Source: Amoebophrya sp. A120
Taxonomy: Eukaryota > Protista > Dinoflagellata
DNA length: 64,000 nt
Reading direction: 5' to 3'
Assembly (NCBI GenBank): GCA_905178155.1
Contig: CAJINV010000006.1
Location: forward strand, 3,782,130 to 3,846,129
Program-made: the position numbers and the translations under genes
In this document: positions 26,201 to 39,200 of the stretch, piece by piece
Layout: each line of letters opens with the position of its first letter
Numbering within the stretch: position 1 is the stretch's first letter
Notes under the pieces: model-generated
What the model was told of the DNA's origin: nothing
Databases searched by the model: none
What the model saw: only the letters and a program-made list of their open reading frames with translations

Positions 26201-29130
26201 TTTGCGTTGTGGTAACCAGAGCCCAGCTATGCATTGCAAAGGTTGTATCGCACTCTAGATCTAGAAGGAACTAGTACTGATAGCCTGCATTACAAATTTG
26301 CTCAGCATTTGAAACGTAACTTGTCATGCGGAATTCCTTTAAGAGCTAGACTTGTAATGCGCCATGGCTGCGAGAAAAATTACTGCGAGTGCGACACTTT
26401 TGCAGGGCATACCAGCAGGACCAGGTTAATCGCATCATCGGGGTACTCGTTCATGGAGATCGCCTATCCAAGAACAAAGTGCTTCAGTGACACATTGTGT
26501 TATTGCAGGAGCCGCAAGACAGACAACCTCTGTGATGCAAGAAATCCTGGCGAACTTCATTTACAACATTTGTTTCCTACGTGTTTACTTCCCTTAGGAT
26601 CGCTGCATCGCAAGTTTTCTCTGGCACACAAAGAAAATTTGTGTTGCTGAAGTATACAACAAACGTGTAACTGTATGCACTTTTTTCTTGTGATATCGCC
26701 TTGCAGTTGGGATGGTCCGCTTTCCACCGTGCAATGTCCTCTAGCTTCTGCTATCAAAAGGAAAAATCCCCCCTCCCCATATCGAAAAGAAATTTGCGAC
26801 GCTGTCTGTGAATACACAAATCGACTTGTAATGCTAGAGGGCCAAGAGCCGCAGCTGTGGCCTCGTTTGCAGTCAAGTTCTCATGCTGTTTCCCACTTCC
26901 AGCTGCTTCCCGTCATGCTGAAGATACAAGGCTTTCCCACGCATCCCAGTACTGCAGTCCGCAGCTTTATTTCCCTTCTAGCATGACAAAGCTAATTTGC
27001 ATTTGTGGCCACAAATCTGCATCACAAATTTCCGTTTTGATAATGAGGAGGGGGCATTTTTCTTCTTGATATCTGCTGCAGAGCGGGGTCTGGTGTAACC
27101 GGCGCCGCGGTTGTACCAGTTGAGGAAGAAGAGCCGCTGCCGAGAACGTTGCAGTTCCAACCCTGCCAGTCGGGATTCTCCGCTCCGGGAACACAGTACG
27201 ACATGCACAGTGCGTAACCTGGTGAGTCGCTGTCGTAACACTGCAGCCCGGAACTGCAACAATCTGGTATGAATTGCAAAAATGTCTGGGTCTGGAAGAA
27301 TGAAACTTGTGATGCTGAACTTGGATTCCAAAAAAATCTGTATTGCATGAGCACCAAAGAGAACGCAACTTGTGCTACGCGGAAAGGGAATTTGTCATGC
27401 GGAATAGGCATCAAGAAGCCCTCAAAAAATCTGTGATGCTAGGGCATGCATCACCGACACCACGGCTCATGCAAAACGTGCATGACAAGCATCAGAATCT
27501 TCCAGACCCAGACATTTTTACAATCCATATCTGGCGCCTCGAAGCAATTGGCGTTCTGACCGAGCTGCTGCAAACACCACGACGGGGCGGCTGTTGATGC
27601 AGTTGTCACCGTTGCAGGAGTCGATACGGTTGTTGGTTGCGTAGTCCTCACCGATGGTTGCGTGGTCAAGGGAGTGGCCGCGGTTCTTACTGGAGTAGTG
27701 GCGGGTGTCGTTGACGCCGGCCGCACTGTTGTACTACTGCTCGAGGTCGACGTCAACACCTCGTCTAGTCTATCCTGTGCAAAAGTATCGTATTCGTAGT
27801 AATCCCATTCATGCATTACAAGTTTGAATTTCTTTGCTTTCTCAAGTTAAATCCGCATTATTTCTCATGCTGAGGAAATTTGTGATGCATTTATACGAGT
27901 ACGATACTTTTGCAATGCATATAGTCGTGTTCCTTGTCCAGCGGAATTAGCCTCGTTCTCGTCGTCCCCACTCCCGACTTCTTGCTGGGGGCCTTGTGGC
28001 GCACCTTCTTCTGAAGAAGATGAAACAACCGACGGGGGGGAGCCAAGCCCAACCTCCTCCTCGCCGTTGCCCCCTACAGTGAGAGCAGTGCCCAGAACCG
28101 CTAAGCCACTGACAACGCCCTTCTTTTCCTCGGCAAGCATATCAAATGTAAAAGTGTCTGGGTCTGGAAACTTGTGATGCTGGGTGGCGTCTCATGATGA
28201 GGCCACAAATGCTGGCCCAGCATGACAAGTTTCTGAGCTTCTAGGTGTTGCCTATTCTGCATGACAAACTGCGTTTCTGCATCACAGAAAAATGGAGCTC
28301 TTGGGTAACGTGCATGACAGATTTAAGAGTCATGCCAGACAAGCATGACAGACATGCATTCTTCCAGACCCAGACATTTTTACAGTTGATAAAGCAGTTC
28401 GGACCGTGACTTTCGGCCGTCGCACGTCTCGTATCAAAAGGAAAAATCCCTACTCCCAATATCGAAAACGAAATTTGTGATGCTGTATTTGAGTACACAA
28501 GTCGACTTGTAATGCTAGAAGGCCAAGAGACGCAGCTATGGCCTCGCTTGCAGGCAGTTTGTCATGCTGTTTCCCACTTCCAGCTGCCTCCTGTCATGCT
28601 GAAGATGCAAAGGTTTATTCCCACGCCAACCACCACTACAGTCCGCATCTTTTCCCTTCTAGCATGACAAAGCTGAATTGTGAATGTGGCCACGAATCTG
28701 CATCACAAATTTCTAGTTTGAGTATGGGGTGGGGGGATTTTTTATTTTGATATCTCGCACTGTTTCGCCTTTTGGGTTTTTCTCGACACCGACACGCGGC
28801 CGTGCCCGTGTTTACTAATTTTCCTCGTCTGCGTCCTGGAGGTGACACGCTCCTGCTGCTCCAGCAGCTTCGCTTTAATTTTCCTCGTTTTCTTGCGCCC
28901 CACGGACACCTTGCGCTGCAGCTGCAAGGCAAACACGAACACTCCTGCACAGGGGTTTCCCGGCGCGAGGATAGAATGTTGTTGCACGTGATGCAGCAAG
29001 GTCGCTGAGCTGGTGGACGAGTTGGGTGGGAATCGTAGAGCATCTTCGCCCGCATGATCCTTCGTTCTTCTTTCCTCGGTGTCATAATTTGTTTTTTCGG
29101 TAAAATGAGCAGCATTTTGCTTATGCCCAC
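20292..29130 (-). CDS. M64 (IgA peptidase)-like zinc metallopeptidase, paralog 2, with an N-terminal Thr-rich linker and CBM1-like module; about 18 introns
   Basis: Exon 24724-24869 encodes GPVAGHEVAHSLFNLADEY (HExxH...DEY). YGGAG is in 25190-25310. The C-terminal motif CTHGAFRRTDVVGD is shared with paralog 1. The start position is approximate. Confidence 0.65.
22925..23154. mobile_element. Introner family H (TIR TATGAMAGYGCACAAC), representative copy
   Basis: TSD acccc. Also 61967-62186. Confidence 0.75.
23663..23898. mobile_element. Introner family F (TIR TATGGCGTTCTCAAATGTTACATTCTCAAC), representative copy
   Basis: TSD aactt. Other copies: 7342-7579, 13502-13769. Confidence 0.8.
26752..27071. 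mobile_element. Introner family D (TIR TATCAAAAGGAAAAATCCCC), representative copy
   Basis: TSD tctgc. Other copies: 22544-22868 (ccttt), 28432-28752 (tctcg), 55770-56102 (tcatg). Confidence 0.85.
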
Positions 29131-30200
29131 CTCCTCTTTGTGAAAAAAATGAACAACGAGATAGTAGGAACGACAATAATTCTTGGCGGCATGGGAAGTT
29201 GTAGTCGAAGTGGTAGAGCAAAATTAGCAATATTAAAAGTTGCTGTATTTTCCACAGCCGCCGTGGCCCTAAAAGTTGACAAGAAATTCTTGCCTTAGTA
29301 CAACAACTTCGAAAGTTGCTATCATACATTTTTTTCATCTTCTGTTCCTCGAAAACGGCGCGTCGTTTCTTGGACGTATGCGTATCACGTAGCAACATTC
29401 TCGCTCAAGTAAATTATGTAAAGCGATAAAGTAGAAGCTCAGCTCTTGCCGAGGAAAGAAATGTACTAGAGAGCTGCAAGGGGGTGAGATTCAAGCGCGA
29501 CAGTGACAGTCCTGGTGCGAAAATAACGAAAACGATCACCACTGCTCTTTATTTAATCAATAAGTAGAAGCGGCTATACTGAAATTTGAAATTTTTGATG
29601 TTGTACTGAACGAACGATAGAGTGGTGGACGACAACTGAAAAGGTGGACGACAACAAGATTAATAAAGGCGGACGACTAGATGGACAAGCGAAAGGTGAA
29701 TGTGTTGTACTAAAGTGAACCTTCTTCCAGATCGATAGTGGATCACCAATATGCGTTATTTTTTTTACGTCAGCTGTCGAGACCACAGAACTGACTACAC
29801 GGACAACAACAAGAGCAACACAACTCCAGACTAAAAAGAAAATAAACTAGCAGCATCGAAGGAAAATAAACTATACGAGGAAAACGAAGTTTGAAGAACG
29901 TGGCTCATCCTCTTCACAAGGGATTGATTCTACTCTTTGCACGATGGACGAAAGAACCAGAGGCTGGAGCTGGAGACGGAACGAGCCACGCAAAAATTTA
30001 AAATTCTTCCTCACGATAGTGTTGTGGTAGTACCAGAAATAAAAAAATCCAAGATCTCACGGAGAACGCGAAGAAGAGAATCTTCCTCAAAGAACAACTG
30101 CAGCTACAGTCTGGATGGTCGTTCTTTCCAGAAGACGACACGAAAGCGCTGGACCTTTCACGCTCATGCTAACCATTTTCTTCACCGGGAAAATTGAGAG

Positions 30201-33200
30201 CTAGTGCCAAAGTTGCGTAGATGTCATGTTGATCCTCACCTCCTCGTGTGCTGGGAAAGTGCTTCTCCTGCTGCTGTCCTCCCCGTAGTTCTTGTTGCGG
30301 TTGATTTTCCTTTTGCTGCTCGTACTCACCCCCGGGTGGGCGGGAGGCACCTCGAGCAGCTCGTACTTGAAGTAGCAAATCGTACGACTATAAAAAGAGG
30401 ACCTTAATAGCGGACTGGTATCTGAAAAATCTTCATTTGCCGTTGTTCGTGTTGTCCCTGAGGTTGTTCCTGTTGTAGATGATGATGAAGTTGTTAAAGA
30501 TGAAGTAGAGGTTCCTAATATGTTGCCCTCTGTTCCATTCGTTTTGCTGCTCTGATCGCTGCCAGCCGCAACAGGACGAGGACCGAGAGCACCATCACGT
30601 GGGGGCTGACTATGAATATCTTCTGCCACAGGACCCCGAGGACTCGCGGGGTTGTCCTTGTCCTTATCCGCGCCGTGGTACTGGGCGAGATCATGATGGT
30701 CATCTTCATTTTCGGGGGTTGGTCGCGGTTGTAGTAGTACATCACCACTTCTGCCACTTCCACTACGAGGCGGCCGCTGTTCTGTAGTAGAAGGAGTGGC
30801 TGTCTTAGTACTCCCTCTGTACACACTGACGGCAACGACATGCCTGGGCTTGATCAGTCCCGCGTAAGCGACTATTTCCACCCCGTCCGTGTCGAGTACC
30901 AATTCCTGGGTTTTCTGGTCGACGTGACAGGGAATGTCGCCTTCCACGTCGGCCCGGGGGAAAGCGCCGTGAGAGCACTTTTTCGGGGTTGTTGTACTAG
31001 CATGATCCTCAACAACTTCTTGCTCGTTTTCGTGTCCCACATCCAGCTGCGTCTTCGGCTCACAGGACACTGTCTGTGCAAAGATCTCGTTGAACTCTTG
31101 TCCTGGAGCTTTTACCTTCTTCGCTCGAATGCCCTCGTCCTCGTCCCCCTGCTGGTGCGCGGCGCCGCTTATAATTTCGTCCTGCTCCCGCATCAAATTA
31201 TCTTCCAACAACTGCTCAGTTGCGGAGGTCTTCGTCGTTTTATTCCCCGTTGTTCGTCGTGGTTCATCTTTATTTTCCCCTTCTCCGACCACGGTAACTT
31301 GCCACGCGACCGGGTTAAACACCAGCTCGTAGGTTTCCGGCAGAGACGCGCCTAAGTCGTTATCCCTGTCCTGCAGGTTCCGTTCCTCCGTGGACAGCGT
31401 GCCCAGGCACTCCGCGGGGGTCGTGTGACTCCGCTTTGCCCTTCTTGCCCTGGTGGTCGTGGAGGAGGTTCTCTTGCTTTCATTTCTGATTCTGTGGCGG
31501 AATCTACTTTTCCTCTTGTTCATCTTCTCTAGAAGTTGTATTCGCTCGTGTCGTTCTTTTCCCGCCGTGGTCGTCGTCCTAGCTCGACGACGACGACCAC
31601 GTGCACGCTCCTGCTGCTTTTCTGCTCGTCGTGTGTTCATTATTTCGAGCAGCGATGGAATATTACTGCTCGCATGATCCACATCCTCGTGCGAGCCGTT
31701 CATCTCCTCGACGACATGTTCATTTTGATTTTCCAACGATGGAGATGGTGGCAGTGGCACCTCCACCTCCTGCGCGGACGCGGAGCCGGAGTCCTCTTGC
31801 TCTTCCTCCTCGTCCATATGTTGATCCTGAGCCACAACTTGTTGGCTCGCTTGCAACACTTGCACCGACGGTTGCCGAATGTCCGTGTTCACGCCGTTAT
31901 GCACTGCAAAAGTATCGCACTAGTATGAACCAGCCATGCTCCGGCTGCCGCCGGAGCGCAAGGCTGTTGGGCCGGGGCAAGACTGTTTGCCGATCGGCCC
32001 ACAACCCAACGGGCCTATGTACAACGAAACATACTGCATTCGTGCCGCCGGTTTGCGCCAAGGCCAACCCGCAGGACCACTTGCGCGCTTCCCGCGCCTG
32101 CGGGCGCTCTGCGCAGGGAGCAGCTGCAAAGAACACCGGGGGCGAACAGAAGGCGCTCGGCGGGAGAGGGTAGCGCGAGAGGGTGGCGCGAGAGGGTGCG
32201 CGAGAGGGTGGCGCGAGAGGGTGGCGCGAAAGGGTGCGCGAGAGGGTGCGCGAGAGGGTGGCGCGAGAGGGTGCGCGAGAGGGTGGCGGGGACAGGCGCC
32301 GAACAAAACAAGTCCGCGAATGGCCTGCAGTGCCAAATATGGGTAGTGCCATGCGGATTCGCGCCCGCCACTTTGTGTTTTTACCCTCTCGCAGACCTCT
32401 CGCAGACCCTCTTTTTTACCTCTTTTGGGGGTCCCCGCTAATAGTCCGGCTATACTCGCGGGTAGAGGTCGACAGAGGTGGCCGAGAGGTGGCCAAGAGG
32501 GTCCGCGAGAGGTCGCCCCTTATTCGCGCCACCTCTCTCGACCTCTGTCGACCTCTCGCGCCCCCTCTTTTTGACCTCTCTGCACCCTCTGAGGCACTTA
32601 GGCGCCGCCTTAAGGTGGGGCCTTCGGCGGGCTATACTCGCGCGCCCTCTCGCCGACCCTCTCGAAAGGGGTCCCGCGCCACCTCTCCACCTCTGTCGAC
32701 CTCTTTTTTACCTCTTTTGACCTCTTTTTGACCTCTCGGCCACCTCTTGCTTACCCTCTGTCTACCTCTTTTTTCGCATGAATATAATATATAGTAATCG
32801 CATGACATCGGAGTTCTAAGGGCAGTCCGTCCCCGTTGGCATCAGGCCCTACTAAAACCAATAAAAAGAAAGACATATAAGGAATAAAGCACTAGGAGGC
32901 TTGCGCAGAACCAAAAACTTACTGAAAGAGAGGTAAGCATAGCTGTAAGGGACTACAAGGGGAGGCTTACGGGGAATAACGGGGAAGGTCAACGAACGAC
33001 GTTCAACGTAGAGCGGACGAAGGCATACAAACTAAACCGGTTCACAAGTATTAAAGCGTTTTACGAAAGTACGAGGCGCGGCAGCCTAAGCAGGGCGGAG
33101 GAAGACGCTACAGCCACACGGGGTCCGTACTACCACCATACAGGTATGTCCGACCAAGGACACATGGAAAGGCCTGAAGGTAGATAGCAGGTGCTCACAT

Positions 33201-36200
33201 GGGGGGGCCCTGGTCACGCAGGGTAAAGCCCGAGGGTGCTAGCTCACCAATACCCGCGGATCCCCCCATCGCAGTCCTCAGAAAAAATACGCCCGAGACG
33301 CGATAAAGAAAAACAGACCCTATCCCTACAAAAGGTAGGCATAGAGTCTCCACCTGGCGGAGGTGTAAGCTATATAAAATCAACCTAAGACGATACGAAG
33401 AAAACTTTTCGAGAGCCACAGCTATCGTTCACACACGAAGACGTACCGATTTCGGCTTATTGTTTCTTTTTTCATTTTTTCACGACTTACAATTTTGACG
33501 TAGGACTTTTATACGAACGCACCGATATTTACGATCTACCGAGATTATCAACGTACGAGTTACTTTAACATGGGCTACTGCCGTACGGAAACACGAACTA
33601 CACGTATTCAAACTTAGACTTGTAAAACTTTGAACGAAACGTCACGAGGTTCCTGGATGTGTTTTGTGTTAGTTCAATGCATGTTACCTCTCATGCATCG
33701 AAGGACCATATACATCGTGGCGCGAACAAAATACTCTACTAATACATTTGTTTGTTTTTTCCTTTTTTCCTTTCTAACATAATTTTCCAAGACCTTAATA
33801 TACACATGCGAGATTCATTAACCGGAGCATTTGTCAAGAAGAAAGACCCATGTTGAGGCCAACGAAAAGAATGACACGTTCATTTTGCAGAAATTTATTT
33901 AGAAGAAATTATTTTGAATGGAAAAGGAAAAAACAAAAAAATGGAAGTCGTATGTGGTCGGTCCGTTGAATCGTCGGCGCAGGGTCGTTGGTGCTGGGAT
34001 CCTGCCGTTAGGTCAACTTGGGCGAAGGTGTTGTAAAATTGCTCGTGCTAAATATTCATTGTTGTCGTACTTCTGTTTGTACTGCAAAGGCTGTTTTGTT
34101 CTTCGAAGTTGTTAATCGTTTCTTCGGTCGGGTCGGAAGTTGTTGTAGCGATGGTTCTGATAGAGGAAAGTCACCGTAGCTGCGTCGTTTTGGCTAGGGC
34201 ACGTTCGTGATGCTCGGCATTACAGCTTTCCTGCTGCCATGAGGGACAGTTCGGAGGGTGTTGGCGACGGCGAAAACCTGTTGCGCCTGAACTCCGCTGC
34301 CTCGTCCTGCACCGCCCCTCTCGTGGCCCGGTCTGCATGGTCTGCAGCTACTTGCATTCGGTTGTGCCGCAGGATGTTGTTCGCATCCAGATTGTCGTTG
34401 AACTCCAAGAATTGCTGGTAGTCCCTTGAGATGTTAACTTGCAAGGTAGCCCGCAGCGGAGAACCTACCTCGTGCAGCCTCGATCTGTCGTCATTATCCG
34501 TCTCGAAGGTGCTCAGCTGTCGCGGGCTAGGATCCGGGAAGTGTCGGATGTAGGGGAGGGACCCATGCATGTCAAGCTCCATTTGTTCGATTTGGAAGAT
34601 CGAGGGGCTCAGGACTAACTGTTGCCCCGGGGACATCAAAAACGGGCTGAGCGGTTCAGGTTCCGGCTCCGCCTGCTGCAAGACCGCATCGGCCTGGTAT
34701 TGTTGCAAGTATGCAAAATACCTACACGGGCTATGACCGAAGGGCGGAGAAGGCGGGAAGTCGAGGAGCTCGATGTTCTGGTCCGGGAACTGCCGCAGCT
34801 GCTGCTCTGCATCCTGATTTTCGATGTGTTGGTTCAGGATGTTCTGCGCATTGTCGTCCCATACGAACGGGTTGCTGGGGATCATAGGGACGTGGTAATT
34901 GTAGACCGGGACCGGGAAGTCTGCGTCCATATTTAATCGCACACAAATGTTTTCCCCGAACGATCTGACGCTTGCCGGTGGAGAATCTTGCATCGACTGA
35001 AAACCCGAATGCGGCAGGCTAGCCGGGGGATCGGACATTGGCACCGGGGTGACCAATACCTGGTTACTGTTTTGCTCCAGCATTCTCCGGCACTCCTGCA
35101 AATCAAAAGCGAAGATTGACCCGTTGTTGTGCGCCAACATTTTAGCTCGCAGACCCGTCCTAGCGTTTGTATGAAGCTAATAGTGGGGCTGGAGAGGCGA
35201 GTAGTTCCCGTTCAATTCGGACTATTGACCACTCCGCTCGATCGATTAATTTGTCAGGAGTCGTAGGCAGGAACGGGTTGTAAGCGGGAACCGCTGCGGA
35301 GGGGGAGATCTGCGTGGTAGAATACTCCGCTCCAGAGTCTGCTTTTAGGTTAGAACCGCTGCTGCCTCTACTAGTGCCACTGCACGTCAGCTGAATAGAA
35401 TCCGGCGCAAGTCCCCTGTTGAAAGCACGAAACCAGGCTCGCTCCCTCCGTAATTCTTCTTTGCGTTTTTTAACCGCTGGAGGAGTGGCAAACAAGTGGT
35501 TTCCGTAAAATCGCTGCTCCGAGAACCAACCGTGTTTGGTCTCGTGGGAGTGGAACGGAAGCGGGATATCGAAGACCTGTGCTGTGCCGAACGAAATCCT
35601 CCCGGGAAGCTGTTCAGGATCCCGAAGCGTGCGTAGAAGAGCTGGGTCGGGGCCAAGTTCCGCTAGAAGCGGCGCAGGTCTGCAGAACCGATGAGGACGC
35701 GGTGATTGCCACGGGACGTACTCGTCCGACACTCCAGACGCCCGGGATGGAGATGGCACCGTATAAAAATTACTACCCGGTAGGTTTGACCGTAGGAAGT
35801 ATCTTTCTTCTGCTACTGACCAGTCCAAGTTTCTAATGCCTAAAATAACGCTTTCTTCATGAGGGTAAGACATAATCTAGGGCCCCAGTACTCTTTGGAG
35901 GCTATGAAAAAACTTTTTACTTGGACACTTCTATTACTGTTTATGTGTACGTTGTTAAGGTAGAAAGGGATGAGCATGCTCACAAGTCAAAAATATCGAA
36001 CCAATCGGAGAGAAGTAGCAGGAAACTGCGAGTCGACACTCTGCTAATACTCTCTTTATCTTACATTTTTACGACCCACCGAGCGATTAGACCCCGAGAC
36101 GTGCACGAAGCTATAAAGTAAGCGACCGTCATACCGTTATTATATCGAGAGTACTGCGCAGCAACGAAAAACGAACAAGACCCTCCTGCAACGAATCGCT

Positions 36201-39200
36201 TTGTCGCTACAGTTGGGCTAGTCGTACCGGTGTAGATTATTTGAATGCGACATGAAAAAATGTGTACAAGTACCAAAAAAGTTGTACAAAAGGAAACCAA
36301 TTATATGTTTGCATGTAGAGTTAATTTAGCAAAACAAGCAGTGAAGGAGCTTTAAGTGTGACTTTATTTCAGTATATTAGTTTAGTTTTGTTTAATCTCT
36401 AAATGTATTGCATGCTAGAATTAAAAAAGGATGTATGTGACGAAGAGACTAGTATTCCAAGAACAAAAAAAAGTAACAGAAAGAACGAAGATAGAGCTTA
36501 CATTGACTGCTGGTCTTAAGGAAGAAGGACGTCGTGACTTGCTTGCTTTCGCTTAGCTTAGAGCCAACAAAGAGATTCATGAAAACGATGTAACGGACGG
36601 ATTACAAGGAGCTTCTCGTGGTGTCTTTCTGGTCTTTTTTGATTTTTTTGAACCCACCAAACCTTCTGTGGTGGTGCACCTACTCCCAAATCCTTTTTCC
36701 GTGTACTAGCTTCAACCAAAGAAAGTGCTTTTTACATGTCATTTTCTTTACTATTTCTAACGAGTTTCGTCTTGCGGGGTACCAGCAAGGAGGGCTACAA
36801 ATCAACTGTGGAAGTTTGACAAGACTTGAAACTGTGAACCAATCAAGAACTAATCAAGAACTTTAGCGAACTCCGACTTTACTGTTAAAAACTTGTTAAA
36901 AACCAACTGGACTTGCAAGTTAGTTTCGAGTCTTTTTAAACTTTTCTTTTAACCCCCCTCACAACTTTCAGCTGCAGCGCTTGTCCGGTCGTCTTGTACG
37001 ACTTACCGCCCTACCTGCCCAGTCTCGTCCGAGGAGAAACAGGCGTCACCACCCGGGGGAAGTTGTGTTTTAATTCCCCGGTCGCAACTGTACCCAAGTT
37101 GGGTCTAAAATCGCCCGGATTTCGGCCTGCATCTGCTTCATCCAATCACCCATAGTGGAGACCATTTTGTCGGAGGTGAACCACTTGGGGGCCTCGTGGC
37201 GGGCCACAACGAGCTTGCACGCTTTTGCCGGGAACGTGTGGCGAAAGGTGCCGCTCAGCGTGAATCTAACTAGAAGCTCGACAATATCCCGTAGGAAGTG
37301 AACAACTAAATAGTTACGCTTATACGCCCGGATGACCGCGCTACAAAACGCCGATTGGTGCGTTTCCGGGTGCACCGCGCTGGCCGCCGCCGAAAACTTC
37401 GACAAATAAAATGGAAAAGTACGTGTTTTGTCGTACAAACAGTACAGCAATCTCCTCGGAATTGTGGCGTCGAGGAAAAAGTCCAAAAAGGTCGTAGTCG
37501 TGGTGCCGAGTGTTTCCGGCTTACACGCTAGCGCCCTGGGATAAATCAGGTGCAACGGCAGCCGAATGGGCGACAATAAATCGTCGAGGTAGCGAAGGAT
37601 TTGCAAGAACCTGTATTGCTGCCCAGCCGGTGAAGACACGAACAAGTACTCACTCCAGGACAGCCCTCCATCTGCCATCCTAGGAGCGGGGGTAATACCC
37701 ATAGGCATACCCCGCACTTGCAAAAATAGCAAATCGGCAATGCCGATATAACAGCTCGCGCAACACCAGCGTACCAGTGCGTCGATATCCGCAAGCGACC
37801 AGGATGAAGAAGAAGACGGGGCTTCCCGGGACAAGAACGCAAATTCTTTTTCGGGCCCTTTGCGATTCCTATCATAGGCGAGGACAACAGACTGGAAACC
37901 ACCAGCCTGGAAGACGCAGCTATTCAGCATGTGGAGGTTGTGGCAAAGAAAGGAATGTGCAAGACCGGTGTACAATCGTTCAAAATCATAACCGTCAAAT
38001 TCTGCGAAACCACCCGCCGTTACCCGGGCGAGCGCCTCTTCCGAACTCTCCACGCTCCACGCCCCGGGCCACACGCGGCTCTTGAATTCTGCCATAGTGG
38101 CCGACAGAATCAAGTGCAGGACCTTGCCGGGGGCATGAAGGACCGTTTTGTCTGTGGCCGCGGCGATGAACCTCATTTTGTAGGCCGGATACTTGTGCCC
38201 CTTGATCACAGCGTAATACGCCGGATGCGCCGAGGCTTGGCGTTGCTTTACCTTCGCCAGCAGGGCCGGCGCGAACGAGCCCAGCTGCTCGACGATCTCA
38301 TCGATCTTCTCCGCCGAGGTAGCTTTGTACACTTCATGGAGTGACTGCTGTGCCGGCGGGAATTCGGAACCTAAAAAAGAAGTACTACGCCGTGCTTGCC
38401 ATACTGGTAGCAACGGCCGAACTTTTTCCCCTCTCTGGTCTACCCCTTGCTGTACCCAGTACTGCTGAGAATTTAGGTTGGGAATTTGACTGGCCAGTAG
38501 CGCTCGGTCAAAATCCTGCTTCGGAGGCCTCTCCGGGCTGCTTGGTATTGAATCCGACAAAGACGGCGTTGAGGACGAAGATGAGCTAGACGTGGAAGAG
38601 TCCGGAGAGTTACTGGCACTTGAGGAGCTACTGGCACTTGAGGAGGGGGATCGGGGCGGAGGTCGTAGTCTGGAAATGCTACCGGCATGCGGGGTCCCAT
38701 GACCAGGTGGCATAGCATGCTGACCTTCTAACCACACCGTCGACGTCTGCGGATGTGCCGGCGCACTGACCGGCACTACGCTGCTGGCCGGAATACTGCT
38801 TCTAGGCACTAGCACCTCGAAGCTGTCGATCAATGCTGCTTCTGGAATCACATCGGGGTCGTTGATCTCGTCTGTTACTACTCCTGCCGCCACGTCCAAG
38901 AGGTTGACTGGTGGATCTTGATGTGGAACTGATTTGGTTAAATCTTCAAGCAGGTTGACCGCCGTGTTGAAAAAAGGACCTGGCTGTAGATGCCTGCTAG
39001 TACTAGCCGCGCTACTAGCGAGTGCTTCTGAATCGGTAGGTTTCGCCAAACAGTCGTTGCCCACGGTGGCGTCGCCGTCCAGCCATAACTCGAAGGCCGA
39101 GAGTGGATCCATATCCAACAGCAGCTCGTTTCTACTGGCATCAGCTCCTGTGGCGGGACACTGCGGGCGCATTCCCATCTGCAAAAGTTCAGCAGTTTCG

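Noticed and set aside
33195-33419. Duplicated 74-aa ORF (also at 46861-47085)
   Set aside because: It is identical only because it lies in the terminal repeat, has a GTG start and shows no recognisable motif.
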